Notes: generated from the letters alone by a model not told the origin. 64,000 nt of DNA from Pseudomonadota bacterium (GCA_039193195.1 JBCCWS010000001.1:69338-133337), one strand, 5' to 3'; shown: positions 20,895-30,364, counted from the first letter of the stretch. A program made the numbers and translations.

Positions 20895-23656
20895 TGGCGA
20901 GATCGACTAGCAGGGCGCGGCCGCGCCCAGTGATCGGACCGCGCCTTCGCGTACTGCTGCAGGGCGTGTTCGTTCTGTTCGCGCTGCTGGTGGTCAACTC
21001 CGTGTACCTCGCAGGGACCTCCTTGCTCGAGTGGTTGAGTGGGGCCTCGTGGCAGGGCGCCGTGTTCCAGGTGATGTTTCTCGCCCACCTGGTGCTGGGT
21101 GTCGTGCTAATCGCACCGTTTCTGATCTACGCTGTAGTCCACGCGCGCAACGCGTGGCATCGGCCGAATCGCCGCGCCGTAGCCATGGGCCTGGTCTTAA
21201 CCGTGGCCGGCGGCGTTCTCCTGATTACTGGCCTTGTGCTAACCCGCGCCATACCCGGTTTGCCGTTGACCTCACCGGCCCTGCGTCAACCGCTCTACTG
21301 GGTGCACGCCTTGGTGCCGCTACTGGTCGTATGGGCCTTCGTGCTCCACCGTTTGGCAGGGCCTGCGATCGCTTGGCGCCGAGGTGCGGGGGCGTTCGCT
21401 GCGGCGCTGGCTGTCACGCTGGCAGTCGGTACGTGGAACTGGTGGTCCGCGCCGAGCGTCGGGGTGGCGACGGCCGACGATACTGATCGATACCACCTGA
21501 TGCCATCGTTGGCGAAGACTGCCGACGGTCAGCCGATAGGCGTCGAAGCGCTGGTCAACGATCAATACTGCGTCGACTGCCACGCCGACACCCATGAGCG
21601 CTGGGCCGCGAGCGCTCACCGCTTCGCGTCCTTCAACAATCCCGCCTACCGCTTCTCCGTGGCGAATACGCGGGCGGAGATGCTGGCGCGCGACGGCAAC
21701 GTAGAGGGCACGCGCTTCTGCGCTGGCTGTCACGACCCCGCGCCCCTGTTTAGCGGTGCCTTGGAGCAAGCCGACTTCGACCCCGATTCGGTCGCCGGTC
21801 AGGCGGGGATTACGTGCACCGCCTGTCACGCCATTACGAGCATCGACTCCCCGCGCGGCAACGCCGACTACACGATCGGCGCGCCAAGGCACTACCCGTT
21901 CGCGCGCAGCGAGGGTGGGCTCGGCAAGTGGGTCAATCACCTGCTCGTGCGTGCGAACCCGGAGTTTCACCGCCGCACGTTTCTGAAGCCTCTGCACAAG
22001 ACGCCGGAGTTTTGTGGTACCTGCCACAAGGTGCACCTACCCGAAGCGGTGAACGACTACAAGTGGCTGCGCGGGCAGAATCACTACGACACCTGGCTGC
22101 TGAGCGGCGTGTCGGGTCACGGTGTGTCGAGCTTCTACTACCCGCCCGCGGCCAAGCAGTGCAACGACTGCCACCTGGCCCCACTCCCCTCCGATGATTT
22201 CGGTGCGGTGGTGCGGGCCCCGGGCGAGCCGCCCACGGTGCACGATCACCTCATGGCGGCCGCTAACACGGCCTTAGGGCACTGGCTCGACTTCCCAGCG
22301 TGGAGTGAGCAAGCGACGAAAGACATGCTGGTGGGGTCCTTGCGTGCGGATATCTTTGCCGTGCGTGAGGGTGGTGATTTGACGGGCGCGCTGGTGGCGC
22401 CCCTGCGCCCCCAGGTGCCAACCCTGAAGGGCGGTGAGCGCTACCTCTTCGACGTTGTGTTGCGAACGCTAACGCTCGGCCATCCCTTCACCCAAGGCAC
22501 GGCCGACTCGAACCAGGTGTGGGTGGAGGTGCGGGCGAGCCTCGACGGCGTGCCGCTCGCCCACAGTGGCGCACGGGACCCGGGAAGCGGCGAGGTGGAT
22601 CCGGCCGCGCACTTCGTCAACGCCTTCGTCTTGGACCGCCAGGGCCAACGGATCGACGCACGCAACGCGGAAGACATCTTCACGGTGCTATACAACCACC
22701 AGATCCCGCCCGGTGCGGCCGATGTGGTGCACTATGCCCTCGCCCTACCCGAAGGCGCACACGGCACCTTGACCCTCGAGGTAGCGCTCAACTACCGCAA
22801 GTTCGACACTCGTTTCCTGGCCCTCATGAGGGACGACCCCGAGGTAGTGAACGCGCTCCCGATCACCGTCATCGCGCGAGATCAGTTGAGTTTCCCTGTC
22901 TCGGTTGAGGCCGGCGCTGCGCAGGCCCTTTCCGCGCCGGACATCCCGACCTGGCAACGGTGGAACGACTACGGCATCGGCCTGCTGCGCAAGCCCGGAG
23001 TTGGCGAGCTGCGTCAGGCGGAGCAGGCCTTCACTATGGTGGAGCGCCAGGGGCGGGGCGATGGCAGCCTCAACTTGGCACGGGTCTACTTGCGTGAAGG
23101 GCGCGTGGACGCCGCGGCGGACGCCCTGGTGCGCGCCGGGGGCAGCGCCGACGTGATGCCCTGGGTGGTGGCGTGGTTCAACGCGCAGGTCGATCGCCAG
23201 AACGGCTACCTCGATGAGGCGATCACTCAGCTCGAGGCCATCGTCGACACGCGCTTCACGCAGGCGCGTGAGCGCGGCTTCGACTTCGCCTCGGACTATC
23301 GCGTACTCAACGAACTTGCCCTCACCCACTACGAGCGCGCCCGATCACTGCGCGGCGAACGCCAACGGGATCGTCGCGGGGCGGATTTGGAGGCGGCTCG
23401 TCGTTGGTACACGGCCACGCTAGAGTTGGATCCGGAGAATCTAAGTGCGCACTACGGCCTAGCTCAGGTGTTCGCCGCCTTGGGCAAGATGTCTGAAGCC
23501 GACTATCATCGGGCGCAGCATGCGCGGTACAAACCCGACGACAACGCAGCGGACGTGGCCATCGCCGCCGCTCGCCGCGCCTACCCGCAAGCGGCGCGCG
23601 CCGCGGACGACACGGTGATCTACCCGCTGGTAGCGCCACGACAGTCGCGCCGATGA
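20891..23656 (+). CDS. Membrane-anchored multiheme c-type cytochrome (5 CXXCH) fused to C-terminal TPR repeats
   Basis: About 5 N-terminal TM helices carrying conserved His. CVDCH, CAGCH, CTACH, CGTCH and CNDCH lie between 21569 and 22174. TPR-like C-terminal third. Confidence 0.75.
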   Translation: MMARSTSRARPRPVIGPRLRVLLQGVFVLFALLVVNSVYLAGTSLLEWLSGASWQGAVFQVMFLAHLVLGVVLIAPFLIYAVVHARNAWHRPNRRAVAMGLVLTVAGGVLLITGLVLTRAIPGLPLTSPALRQPLYWVHALVPLLVVWAFVLHRLAGPAIAWRRGAGAFAAALAVTLAVGTWNWWSAPSVGVATADDTDRYHLMPSLAKTADGQPIGVEALVNDQYCVDCHADTHERWAASAHRFASFNNPAYRFSVANTRAEMLARDGNVEGTRFCAGCHDPAPLFSGALEQADFDPDSVAGQAGITCTACHAITSIDSPRGNADYTIGAPRHYPFARSEGGLGKWVNHLLVRANPEFHRRTFLKPLHKTPEFCGTCHKVHLPEAVNDYKWLRGQNHYDTWLLSGVSGHGVSSFYYPPAAKQCNDCHLAPLPSDDFGAVVRAPGEPPTVHDHLMAAANTALGHWLDFPAWSEQATKDMLVGSLRADIFAVREGGDLTGALVAPLRPQVPTLKGGERYLFDVVLRTLTLGHPFTQGTADSNQVWVEVRASLDGVPLAHSGARDPGSGEVDPAAHFVNAFVLDRQGQRIDARNAEDIFTVLYNHQIPPGAADVVHYALALPEGAHGTLTLEVALNYRKFDTRFLALMRDDPEVVNALPITVIARDQLSFPVSVEAGAAQALSAPDIPTWQRWNDYGIGLLRKPGVGELRQAEQAFTMVERQGRGDGSLNLARVYLREGRVDAAADALVRAGGSADVMPWVVAWFNAQVDRQNGYLDEAITQLEAIVDTRFTQARERGFDFASDYRVLNELALTHYERARSLRGERQRDRRGADLEAARRWYTATLELDPENLSAHYGLAQVFAALGKMSEADYHRAQHARYKPDDNAADVAIAAARRAYPQAARAADDTVIYPLVAPRQSRR

Positions 23657-25596
23657 GTGACCGACCCCGCCGGCCGAGCCCTAGCGAGGGCGATCGAGTC
23701 ATCGGTCGCGCCCTCAAGATCTCCCTGTTCTTCGCGATGGCCGGAGTTGTGCTTGTGGCGGCGGCTCTGTGGGTGCTGCGAACGCAGACGGGCGGCGACG
23801 TCCTGGTTGGTGATTCGAGTCCAACGCCCGCCCAGCCCGCGGTCGAGGAAACCCGCGCCTCCCGTCCTCGCTTCGTCGATGTCACTGAGGCTGCCGGCAT
23901 CGATGCCCCGCACGCGAGCGGCGCCGCCGGCGAGAGCCTGCTGCCCGAGACCATGGGCGGCGGCGTGGCTTTCTTTGATGCCGACAGCGACGGCGATCCA
24001 GACCTGCTGCTGGTCAACGGGGGCACGCTGCCCGGGGTGGCGCCGGCGTCAACTGCACCGGCACTCACCCTCTACCTAAACGACGGCACTGGGGCCTTCG
24101 CGGCCATGGCGCCTGAGGCGAGCGGACTGATCGGCAGCTTTTACGGCATGGGCGTGGCGACCGGCGACTACGATGGCGATGGACGCATCGACGTCTACGT
24201 GACCGCCGTAGGCCCGAATCGCCTCTACCGCAGTCTCGGCGAGGGGCGCTTCGAGGAAGTCACGGCCACCGCGCAGGTGACCGGCGCCGAAGATGCGTGG
24301 AGCAGCAGCGCGGTCTTCGTGGATATTGATCGTGACAACGACCTGGATTTGTTTGTCGTCAACTACGTGGCTTGGTCTCGGGAGATCGACTTCGAGGTGG
24401 ACTACCGCCTGGCAGGTATCGGCCGCGCCTACGGCCCGCCGACCAACTACCCCGGCAGCGCCAGCTATCTGTTCCGCAACGAAGGTGACGGCAGCTTTAC
24501 CGACGTCTCCGAGGAGGCCGGAGTGGTGGTGCGCAATCCGGCCACCGATGCGCCCAGTGGTAAGGGCCTCGCCGTGCTCGCCATGGACGTCAACGAGGAC
24601 GGCTGGGTCGATCTGCTCGTGGCCAACGACACAGTGGGCAACTACCTGCTCCTCGGCGATGGCGATGGCACCTTTACTGAAGTCGGCACCACGGCAGGGT
24701 TGGCCTTCGACAACACGGGCACGGCAACGGGCGCTATGGGCATGGACGTGGCCTGGTACGACGATGGCCAGACCCTTGGTGTGGCAGTGGGCAATTTCGC
24801 CAACGAGATGTCCTCCTACTATGTGACGGAACTTGCCGCAGCGGCGGCCGGTTCCGCCGAGGTGCACCCAGTGCCCGTGTTCACTGACGAGGCGGCGATC
24901 AGCGGGATCGGCGCGCCGAGTCGGCGTGCCCTCACTTTTGGCCTGCTGTTCTTCGACTATGACCTCGATGGTCACCAGGACCTGCTCCAAGTGAACGGCC
25001 ATGTGGAGGATGAGATCAATGTGGTTCAGCCCAGTCAGCAGTACGCCCAGGCCGCCCAGCTCTTCTGGCGCTGCGCGGCCAGCGACTGCGCGCGGCCTTT
25101 CGTCGCCTTGGAGACGGCGGACCTCGGCGCCCTCGCCCAACCGCGGGTGGGGCGAGGCGCCGCTCATGCCGACATTGACGGGGACGGCGATCTCGACCTT
25201 CTGCTGACGGCGATCGACGATCGCCCACTGCTTCTGCGCAATGACACACCGGGGCCCGATGAGCATTGGCTGCGTGTGCGCCTGCGCGATGAACGCGAGG
25301 GGAGCCAGAATCGCTTCGGCCTAGGAGCCACGGTCACGGTGGTGCTCGAAGACGGCAGTCTGCGTAGGCGCTTGTTGAGTCCCGCGAGATCCTACCTCTC
25401 GCAGGTGGAGACGGTGGCGAGCTTCGGCCTTGGGACAGCCGCGATCGTCAAGTCCGTACAGGTGCGCTGGCCCGATGGTAAAGAGCAGCGTATCGGGCCC
25501 CTAGCGGTGGATGGCGTCTGGGAGATTCGTCGTGGGGACAGCGCCCCTACACGCTACCCAAGCACGGCGGCGGAGGCAGAGTCCGCCACGCCCTAG
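23653..25596 (+). CDS. CRTAC1-family protein (FG-GAP/VCBS repeats plus ASPIC/UnbV domain), N-terminal membrane anchor
   Basis: FDADSDGDPDLLLV, DYDGDGRIDVYV, DIDRDNDLDLFV, DVNEDGWVDLLV, DIDGDGDLDLLL. UnbV-like GLGATVTVVLEDGSLRRRLL...VQVRWPDG. ATGA overlap with the upstream gene. Confidence 0.8.
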   Translation: MSDRPRRPSPSEGDRVIGRALKISLFFAMAGVVLVAAALWVLRTQTGGDVLVGDSSPTPAQPAVEETRASRPRFVDVTEAAGIDAPHASGAAGESLLPETMGGGVAFFDADSDGDPDLLLVNGGTLPGVAPASTAPALTLYLNDGTGAFAAMAPEASGLIGSFYGMGVATGDYDGDGRIDVYVTAVGPNRLYRSLGEGRFEEVTATAQVTGAEDAWSSSAVFVDIDRDNDLDLFVVNYVAWSREIDFEVDYRLAGIGRAYGPPTNYPGSASYLFRNEGDGSFTDVSEEAGVVVRNPATDAPSGKGLAVLAMDVNEDGWVDLLVANDTVGNYLLLGDGDGTFTEVGTTAGLAFDNTGTATGAMGMDVAWYDDGQTLGVAVGNFANEMSSYYVTELAAAAAGSAEVHPVPVFTDEAAISGIGAPSRRALTFGLLFFDYDLDGHQDLLQVNGHVEDEINVVQPSQQYAQAAQLFWRCAASDCARPFVALETADLGALAQPRVGRGAAHADIDGDGDLDLLLTAIDDRPLLLRNDTPGPDEHWLRVRLRDEREGSQNRFGLGATVTVVLEDGSLRRRLLSPARSYLSQVETVASFGLGTAAIVKSVQVRWPDGKEQRIGPLAVDGVWEIRRGDSAPTRYPSTAAEAESATP

Positions 25597-25604
25597 CCCA
25601 AGGC

Positions 25605-27044
25605 TCAGCCGGTAACTGCCTTGAGTGCCGATAGCGCTCGCTCGCGCGCCACTTTGTGCGCCACTACCGGCGCCGGGTAATCCCGCCCCAGCTTCACGCC
25701 TACGCTCTCCAGCACCGTTGTGGGTGCGGCGGCGGGCTCGTGGATGTACTTGTCGGGCACCGCCGCGATCTCAGGTACCCAACGGCGCACATAGGTTCCC
25801 TTAGCATCGAACTTCTTGCCCTGAAGCGTAGGGTTGAAGATCCGGAAGTAGGGCGCCGCGTCCGCTCCGGACCCTGCGGCCCACTGCCAACCGCCCGCGT
25901 TGTTCGCGAGATCCGCATCCACCAGCGTGTCCCAGAACCAATCCTCGCCGAGACGCCAGGGCAGCAAGAGATGTTTGACCAGGAATGAGCCGACGATCAT
26001 GCGCACGCGGTTGTGCATCCAGCCCGTGGTCCAGAGTTCGCGCATACCCGCGTCGACGATGGGGTAGCCGGTCTGGCCCTGCTGCCAGGCGCGCAGGCCC
26101 GGCAGGTCCTCGCGCCAGGGGAAGGCGTCGTAGGCGGGCTTGAAGGCCTGCTCGCCGATCGTCGGATAGGCGAGCAGGAGGTGACTGTTGAAGTCGCGCC
26201 AGCCAAGTTCGCGCAGATACGCTTCGGCGCGCGGGTCGGCGAGATTGCCGCCCACCTCGTTGGCCACCAGGTGCCAGATTTGACGCGGGCTGATTTCGCC
26301 GAAGCGAAGGTGGGCGGAGAGGCGCGACGTACCGCGCTCACCGGGGATGTCCCGCGCCTCGTGGTAGTCCGCCAGGCTGGTCTCCAGGAACCGCTCCAGG
26401 GCGGCTATGGCGCCACCTTCGCCCGGGCTCCACTGATCGGCAAAGCCTCCGGACCAGTCTGGCTTGGTGGGCAGTAGTCGCCAGTCGCTCAGCGAGTCGC
26501 TCGCCGGGGAGGATGCACAGGGCGTGAGCCTGCCTGGCGCGGGTACCGGCGCCTTCGGTGGATCGGCGCGCAGGCAAGCGCGCCAGAAGGGCGTAAAGAC
26601 CTTGTAGGTGTCGCCGCCGCCGGTGAGGATCCGTCCCGGTTCGAACAAAAGGCGCCCCGCGAAGCGCTTGACTGAGGCGCCCTGCGCGCTTAGCGCGTCG
26701 TTCAGCCGCTGTTCGGTCTCCACCACCCAGGGTTCGTAGCCGCGGCAGCAGTACAGCGCGTCGGCGCCGGTCTCCTCGACCAGGCGCGTGAGCACATCCT
26801 CGAAGCCACCGCGACGTAGCGTGAGGGGGATGGCGAGTTGCGCCAGTGATTGCTCGAGGCAGGTAAGGCTGTGATGCAACCACCAACGGCTAGCGCCGCC
26901 GAGTGTCCAGGCGCCTGGCGAGTGATCGTCTAGCACGTAGACCGCGATTACCGGTTGCCCGCTCTGGGCGGCGGCGTGCAGGGCTGGTTGGTCGGTGACG
27001 CGCAGATCGTCGCGGAACCAGACGACGATGGGTGAGGCACTCAT
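25605..27044 (-). CDS. phrB: Deoxyribodipyrimidine (CPD) photolyase, class I
   Basis: IVVWFRDDLRVTDQPAL N-terminus. FAD-binding region TGYPIVDAGMRELWTTGWMHNRVRMIVGSFLVKHL. Confidence 0.9.
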   Translation of the reverse strand: MSASPIVVWFRDDLRVTDQPALHAAAQSGQPVIAVYVLDDHSPGAWTLGGASRWWLHHSLTCLEQSLAQLAIPLTLRRGGFEDVLTRLVEETGADALYCCRGYEPWVVETEQRLNDALSAQGASVKRFAGRLLFEPGRILTGGGDTYKVFTPFWRACLRADPPKAPVPAPGRLTPCASSPASDSLSDWRLLPTKPDWSGGFADQWSPGEGGAIAALERFLETSLADYHEARDIPGERGTSRLSAHLRFGEISPRQIWHLVANEVGGNLADPRAEAYLRELGWRDFNSHLLLAYPTIGEQAFKPAYDAFPWREDLPGLRAWQQGQTGYPIVDAGMRELWTTGWMHNRVRMIVGSFLVKHLLLPWRLGEDWFWDTLVDADLANNAGGWQWAAGSGADAAPYFRIFNPTLQGKKFDAKGTYVRRWVPEIAAVPDKYIHEPAAAPTTVLESVGVKLGRDYPAPVVAHKVARERALSALKAVTG

Positions 27045-27694
27045 GGCTTCTCCGGTGGTAAGTCAGCGGCGGCGCTATCGAGGATGCGCGTGCGTACATC
27101 GCGATGCAGCTGGGGATGGTTGAGGATGCACTGATGGCACATCGAGTCGATACGTACGTTCGTGCCGATGGGTAAGGTGGAGCTTATCGCCGGCACGATG
27201 ACGAGATCGAAAGGCGTCCAGTAGCACGTAAGAGGGCGTTGGGTCAGGGTGTCTAGATCGTCGTTCAGGCGGGTCAGGAAGGCGCTGCCAGGGCGCATTT
27301 GCCGCATGGCGGGCAACGGGCCGAGCCAGGACCAGTGGGTGCCGCGGTGAGGGGCGCAAACGGAGATGAACTGGGCCGTACGCGCGATACCGCCGAGGGT
27401 TTGCAGGTAGTAGCGAGCGACGATGGCGCCCATGCTGAAGCCGAGCAGATGCACGGAGCGATGCGCAGGAACATGCTCCTCGACGTGCTCGGCGAGCTGT
27501 GCTGCCAGCACTTCCAGGGGTGCTGCTCCATGGTTAGGGACCAGGTTTGGTGCACTGCTGGCGATCCCAGCGTCAGCGAGCACACTCTGCAAAGGGCGGA
27601 AGATGCGCCCGCGATCCATGATGCCGTGGACGAGCACTGCAAGGGGGCCTTCTCCCGATGCTGGCGCCGCGTGCCTGCCGCTCAGCTCGCTCAC
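27041..27694 (-). CDS. Alpha/beta hydrolase (lipase/esterase-like), about 217 aa
   Basis: VLVHGIMD oxyanion region and GFSMGA (GxSxG) nucleophile elbow. GTG start at 27694-27692 overlaps the upstream stop (GTGA), and the stop overlaps the phrB ATG (ATGA). The track ORF to 28057 is an out-of-frame extension into the upstream gene. Confidence 0.7.
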   Translation of the reverse strand: MSELSGRHAAPASGEGPLAVLVHGIMDRGRIFRPLQSVLADAGIASSAPNLVPNHGAAPLEVLAAQLAEHVEEHVPAHRSVHLLGFSMGAIVARYYLQTLGGIARTAQFISVCAPHRGTHWSWLGPLPAMRQMRPGSAFLTRLNDDLDTLTQRPLTCYWTPFDLVIVPAISSTLPIGTNVRIDSMCHQCILNHPQLHRDVRTRILDSAAADLPPEKP

Positions 27695-29217
27695 GCCGCT
27701 TGCGTCTTCGCCTCGAGGAAGGCCTCGGCGGCGGCGAAGATCATCTCGCGTCGAGTGTCCTTCATTTTGTCCAGGGTGCGCGTCATCATCGATAGGCGGG
27801 GATTGCTCGCAAATTGCTTGCGGTGGCGCGCGATGAATCGCCAGTACAGGCCGTCCACTACATCGCACCACTCGCCCTTGCGATAGTCGCTCATCTTCAG
27901 CAGGTAATTCGAGCCGCAGATGTAGGGTTTGGTGGCAAATATGCCGCCGTCGCTGAAGATGCCCATGCCGTAGACGTTGGGGCCCATCACCCACTCGGAC
28001 GAGTCGACAAACATCTCCATGAACCAATCGTGCACGCGATGGGGATGGATCTCGCACAAGGTCATCAGATTGCCGAAGACCATCAGGCGCGGAATGTGGT
28101 GCACCCAGCCGAGCCGCTGCAGGTCGCGGATCGAGTCGTCCAGGGGCGGGATTCCGGTGGTGCCCTCGTACCAGTCAGCAGTAAAGGTGCGCGTGTGATT
28201 CCAGTGGTTGCGCTCTGCTTGGGTCTCACCGTGATAGCGGTAGATGCCGCGGATGAACTCGCGCCAGCCGATGAGTTGGCGAATGAACCCCTCGATGCTC
28301 TGCAATGGTAGCTGGGGATCGTCTCGGTAGGCTTGCTGCACCCGTTCGAGCGCGTCGCGCGGGGTGATCAAGCCGAGGTTCAGCATGGGCGTCAGCACGC
28401 TGTGGAACACGGTGGGCGAGCGGGTGGTAAGAGCGTCCTGATAGGGGCCGAACAGGGCCAGGCGCTCATCGATGAAGCGCTTGAGCCAGCTGAGGGCTTG
28501 GCGGCGGGTCACGGGGAACCAGAACCGGTGGGCATCTCCTGGGTGATCGGCGAACTCCTTGGCCACCAGTTCGATCACCGCCTGGGTGATCTCATCGAGG
28601 CGCCGTCCGGGCACCTCGGGAATGCTCTGGGCTGCCGGCAGCTTGCGCCGGTTGTCCGCATCGAAGCTCCACTGGCCGCCGACGGGACTCTCGCCATCGT
28701 CCTCCATGAGCACGCCAAGTCGCTTGCGTTCCTGTTTGTAGAACTCGGCCATGAAGGGGCGGCGGGCACCCTCGAGGTAGTCGGCGAAGCGCGCACGTGG
28801 GCATAGGAACATGGGGTTCTCCAGCACCTCGACGGCGAGATTTTGGTCCTCGGCGAAGCGTTGCAGCCGCTGCTCGAAGGGCTTGTCCTCCACCTCGAAG
28901 TGGACGAGGGCGGTCGCCTTCGCCCGCTGCAAGCAGGCGGCGAGCTTATCCTCGTAGGGGGTATCGCCATCCACTTCCAGGGTGTGGTACTCCACGGCGT
29001 AGCCCGCTTCGCGCAGCGCTTGCGCGTGGTGACGCATGGCGGCGAGGAAGAGCACAATCTTCTGCTGGTGATGGCGAACGTAGGTGCACAGGTGACGGTC
29101 CTCGGCCATGAAGATCAGCACCGAATCGACCGCGGGCAGCGCACTGGGTGCGAACAGGTGGTTGCCGAGCAGCGGCATCACGCGGCGAGCGGACGTTGAG
29201 GCGTTGCGCTTGGTCAC
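27691..29217 (-). CDS. Cryptochrome/photolyase-family protein of the COG3046 type (related to prokaryotic (6-4) photolyase / FeS-BCP)
   Basis: About 500 aa. Motifs WREFIRGIY, HIPRLMVFGN and KPYICGSNYLLKMSDY are typical of the photolyase-related family. The start could be M1 (29217) or M14 (29178). Confidence 0.75.
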   Translation of the reverse strand: MTKRNASTSARRVMPLLGNHLFAPSALPAVDSVLIFMAEDRHLCTYVRHHQQKIVLFLAAMRHHAQALREAGYAVEYHTLEVDGDTPYEDKLAACLQRAKATALVHFEVEDKPFEQRLQRFAEDQNLAVEVLENPMFLCPRARFADYLEGARRPFMAEFYKQERKRLGVLMEDDGESPVGGQWSFDADNRRKLPAAQSIPEVPGRRLDEITQAVIELVAKEFADHPGDAHRFWFPVTRRQALSWLKRFIDERLALFGPYQDALTTRSPTVFHSVLTPMLNLGLITPRDALERVQQAYRDDPQLPLQSIEGFIRQLIGWREFIRGIYRYHGETQAERNHWNHTRTFTADWYEGTTGIPPLDDSIRDLQRLGWVHHIPRLMVFGNLMTLCEIHPHRVHDWFMEMFVDSSEWVMGPNVYGMGIFSDGGIFATKPYICGSNYLLKMSDYRKGEWCDVVDGLYWRFIARHRKQFASNPRLSMMTRTLDKMKDTRREMIFAAAEAFLEAKTQAA

Positions 29218-29315
29218 TGGGGCTCCTCGAGGTGGCCGCGCTCGCGCGGGCGCTGATGACTATACAATTTCGTCCTGGGGCGCTGGCCCGTTGCATCGAA
29301 GTGGGGGTAGCCAAC

Positions 29316-30143
29316 ATGCCTTGTTATCGCGTACGCGCAAGCACCAGTCGCTGGCTTCAGATCGTCATTGGCAGTGCTCTCGGAGTCCTGTGGGCCCAGC
29401 CGATGACGGGGGTAGCTGCGGCCGCGGATGCGTCGCCGCCCAGCGCCTCCCGCGAGGCGCGCCCAGCGGCAAGGTTGGACGCGGTGCAGACGCACCTCGT
29501 CGTACGCGCGCGAGCCCGCGGCGCAAACTACGTCACCACCGATATGGGCGTGAAGGTGACGCTCAAAGACACGGCCAACGGCGCGATCCTGGCAGAGGGT
29601 CTCACGATCGGCAACGTAGCGGGAACGGACCCGGAGCTGACGGCGGCGTTCCGTACCACCCTCTCGCTGACCGGTCCGACGCGAATCGAGGCAAGCCTCC
29701 GCGCCCCTCTCAGCTACCCCCACGCGAGCGTCAGCGTCAGCAGCACCGCGTGGGTGCTGCCGGGCAAGCACATCACGGGCGAGGGTTGGGTCCTCGAGCT
29801 GCCCGGGTTCGTCGTCACCCTGTTGGAGGTTCCACGCGAGATTGCGCTGGCTGAAGGCGCTGAGCAGACCGTAGAGGTGCTGGCCAAGGTGGTGATGATG
29901 TGCGGGTGCCCCACGGAGCCGGGCGGTCGGTGGGACTCGGACGGCTACGAGCTGCGCGCTTCCCTCGTCCAGTCGGGAGTCACCGTGCACGAAGCCGCGC
30001 TTGCCTACGCCGGGGAGAAGAGCACCTATGGCACTCGATTACCAGTGCCGGAGGCAGCGGGCCACTACGAGCTGCTGGTCACGGCCTTCGATCCAGCCAC
30101 CGGCAATGTCGGTGTAGCGAGCGCTCCCCTCGACGTCCTCTGA
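29316..30143 (+). CDS. Hypothetical secreted protein (about 275 aa)
   Basis: ATG 29316 followed by signal-like WLQIVIGSALGVLWAQPMTGVAAAADA. GC3-rich frame. I recognise no family motif. Confidence 0.5.
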   Translation: MPCYRVRASTSRWLQIVIGSALGVLWAQPMTGVAAAADASPPSASREARPAARLDAVQTHLVVRARARGANYVTTDMGVKVTLKDTANGAILAEGLTIGNVAGTDPELTAAFRTTLSLTGPTRIEASLRAPLSYPHASVSVSSTAWVLPGKHITGEGWVLELPGFVVTLLEVPREIALAEGAEQTVEVLAKVVMMCGCPTEPGGRWDSDGYELRASLVQSGVTVHEAALAYAGEKSTYGTRLPVPEAAGHYELLVTAFDPATGNVGVASAPLDVL

Positions 30144-30342
30144 CCTAGAGAAATCCTAGGTTGACGCCGTTATTGATCCGCCAGCGAGCTGCCGCCGCAG
30201 GTGAACCCCGCGTCCAGAAACATCATTGAGCGCTAGCTAGCGGCTGCTCTTGTTGGGGCGGTGTCGGTCGCGCTGCTCTCGGGCGCCGCCAGGTTCAGTG
30301 CCCAGGCGCTGGTGGGGGTCCTGGGCGCAGCCTCCGGGCCGA

Positions 30343-30364
30343 AACGCCAGGTCACCCTGGCGTT
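30343..30364 (-). terminator. Hairpin (9-bp stem aacgccagg/cctggcgtt, loop tcac) 31 nt downstream of the ompA-like stop
   Basis: Perfect inverted repeat in a convergent intergenic region. No U-tract. Confidence 0.4.
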
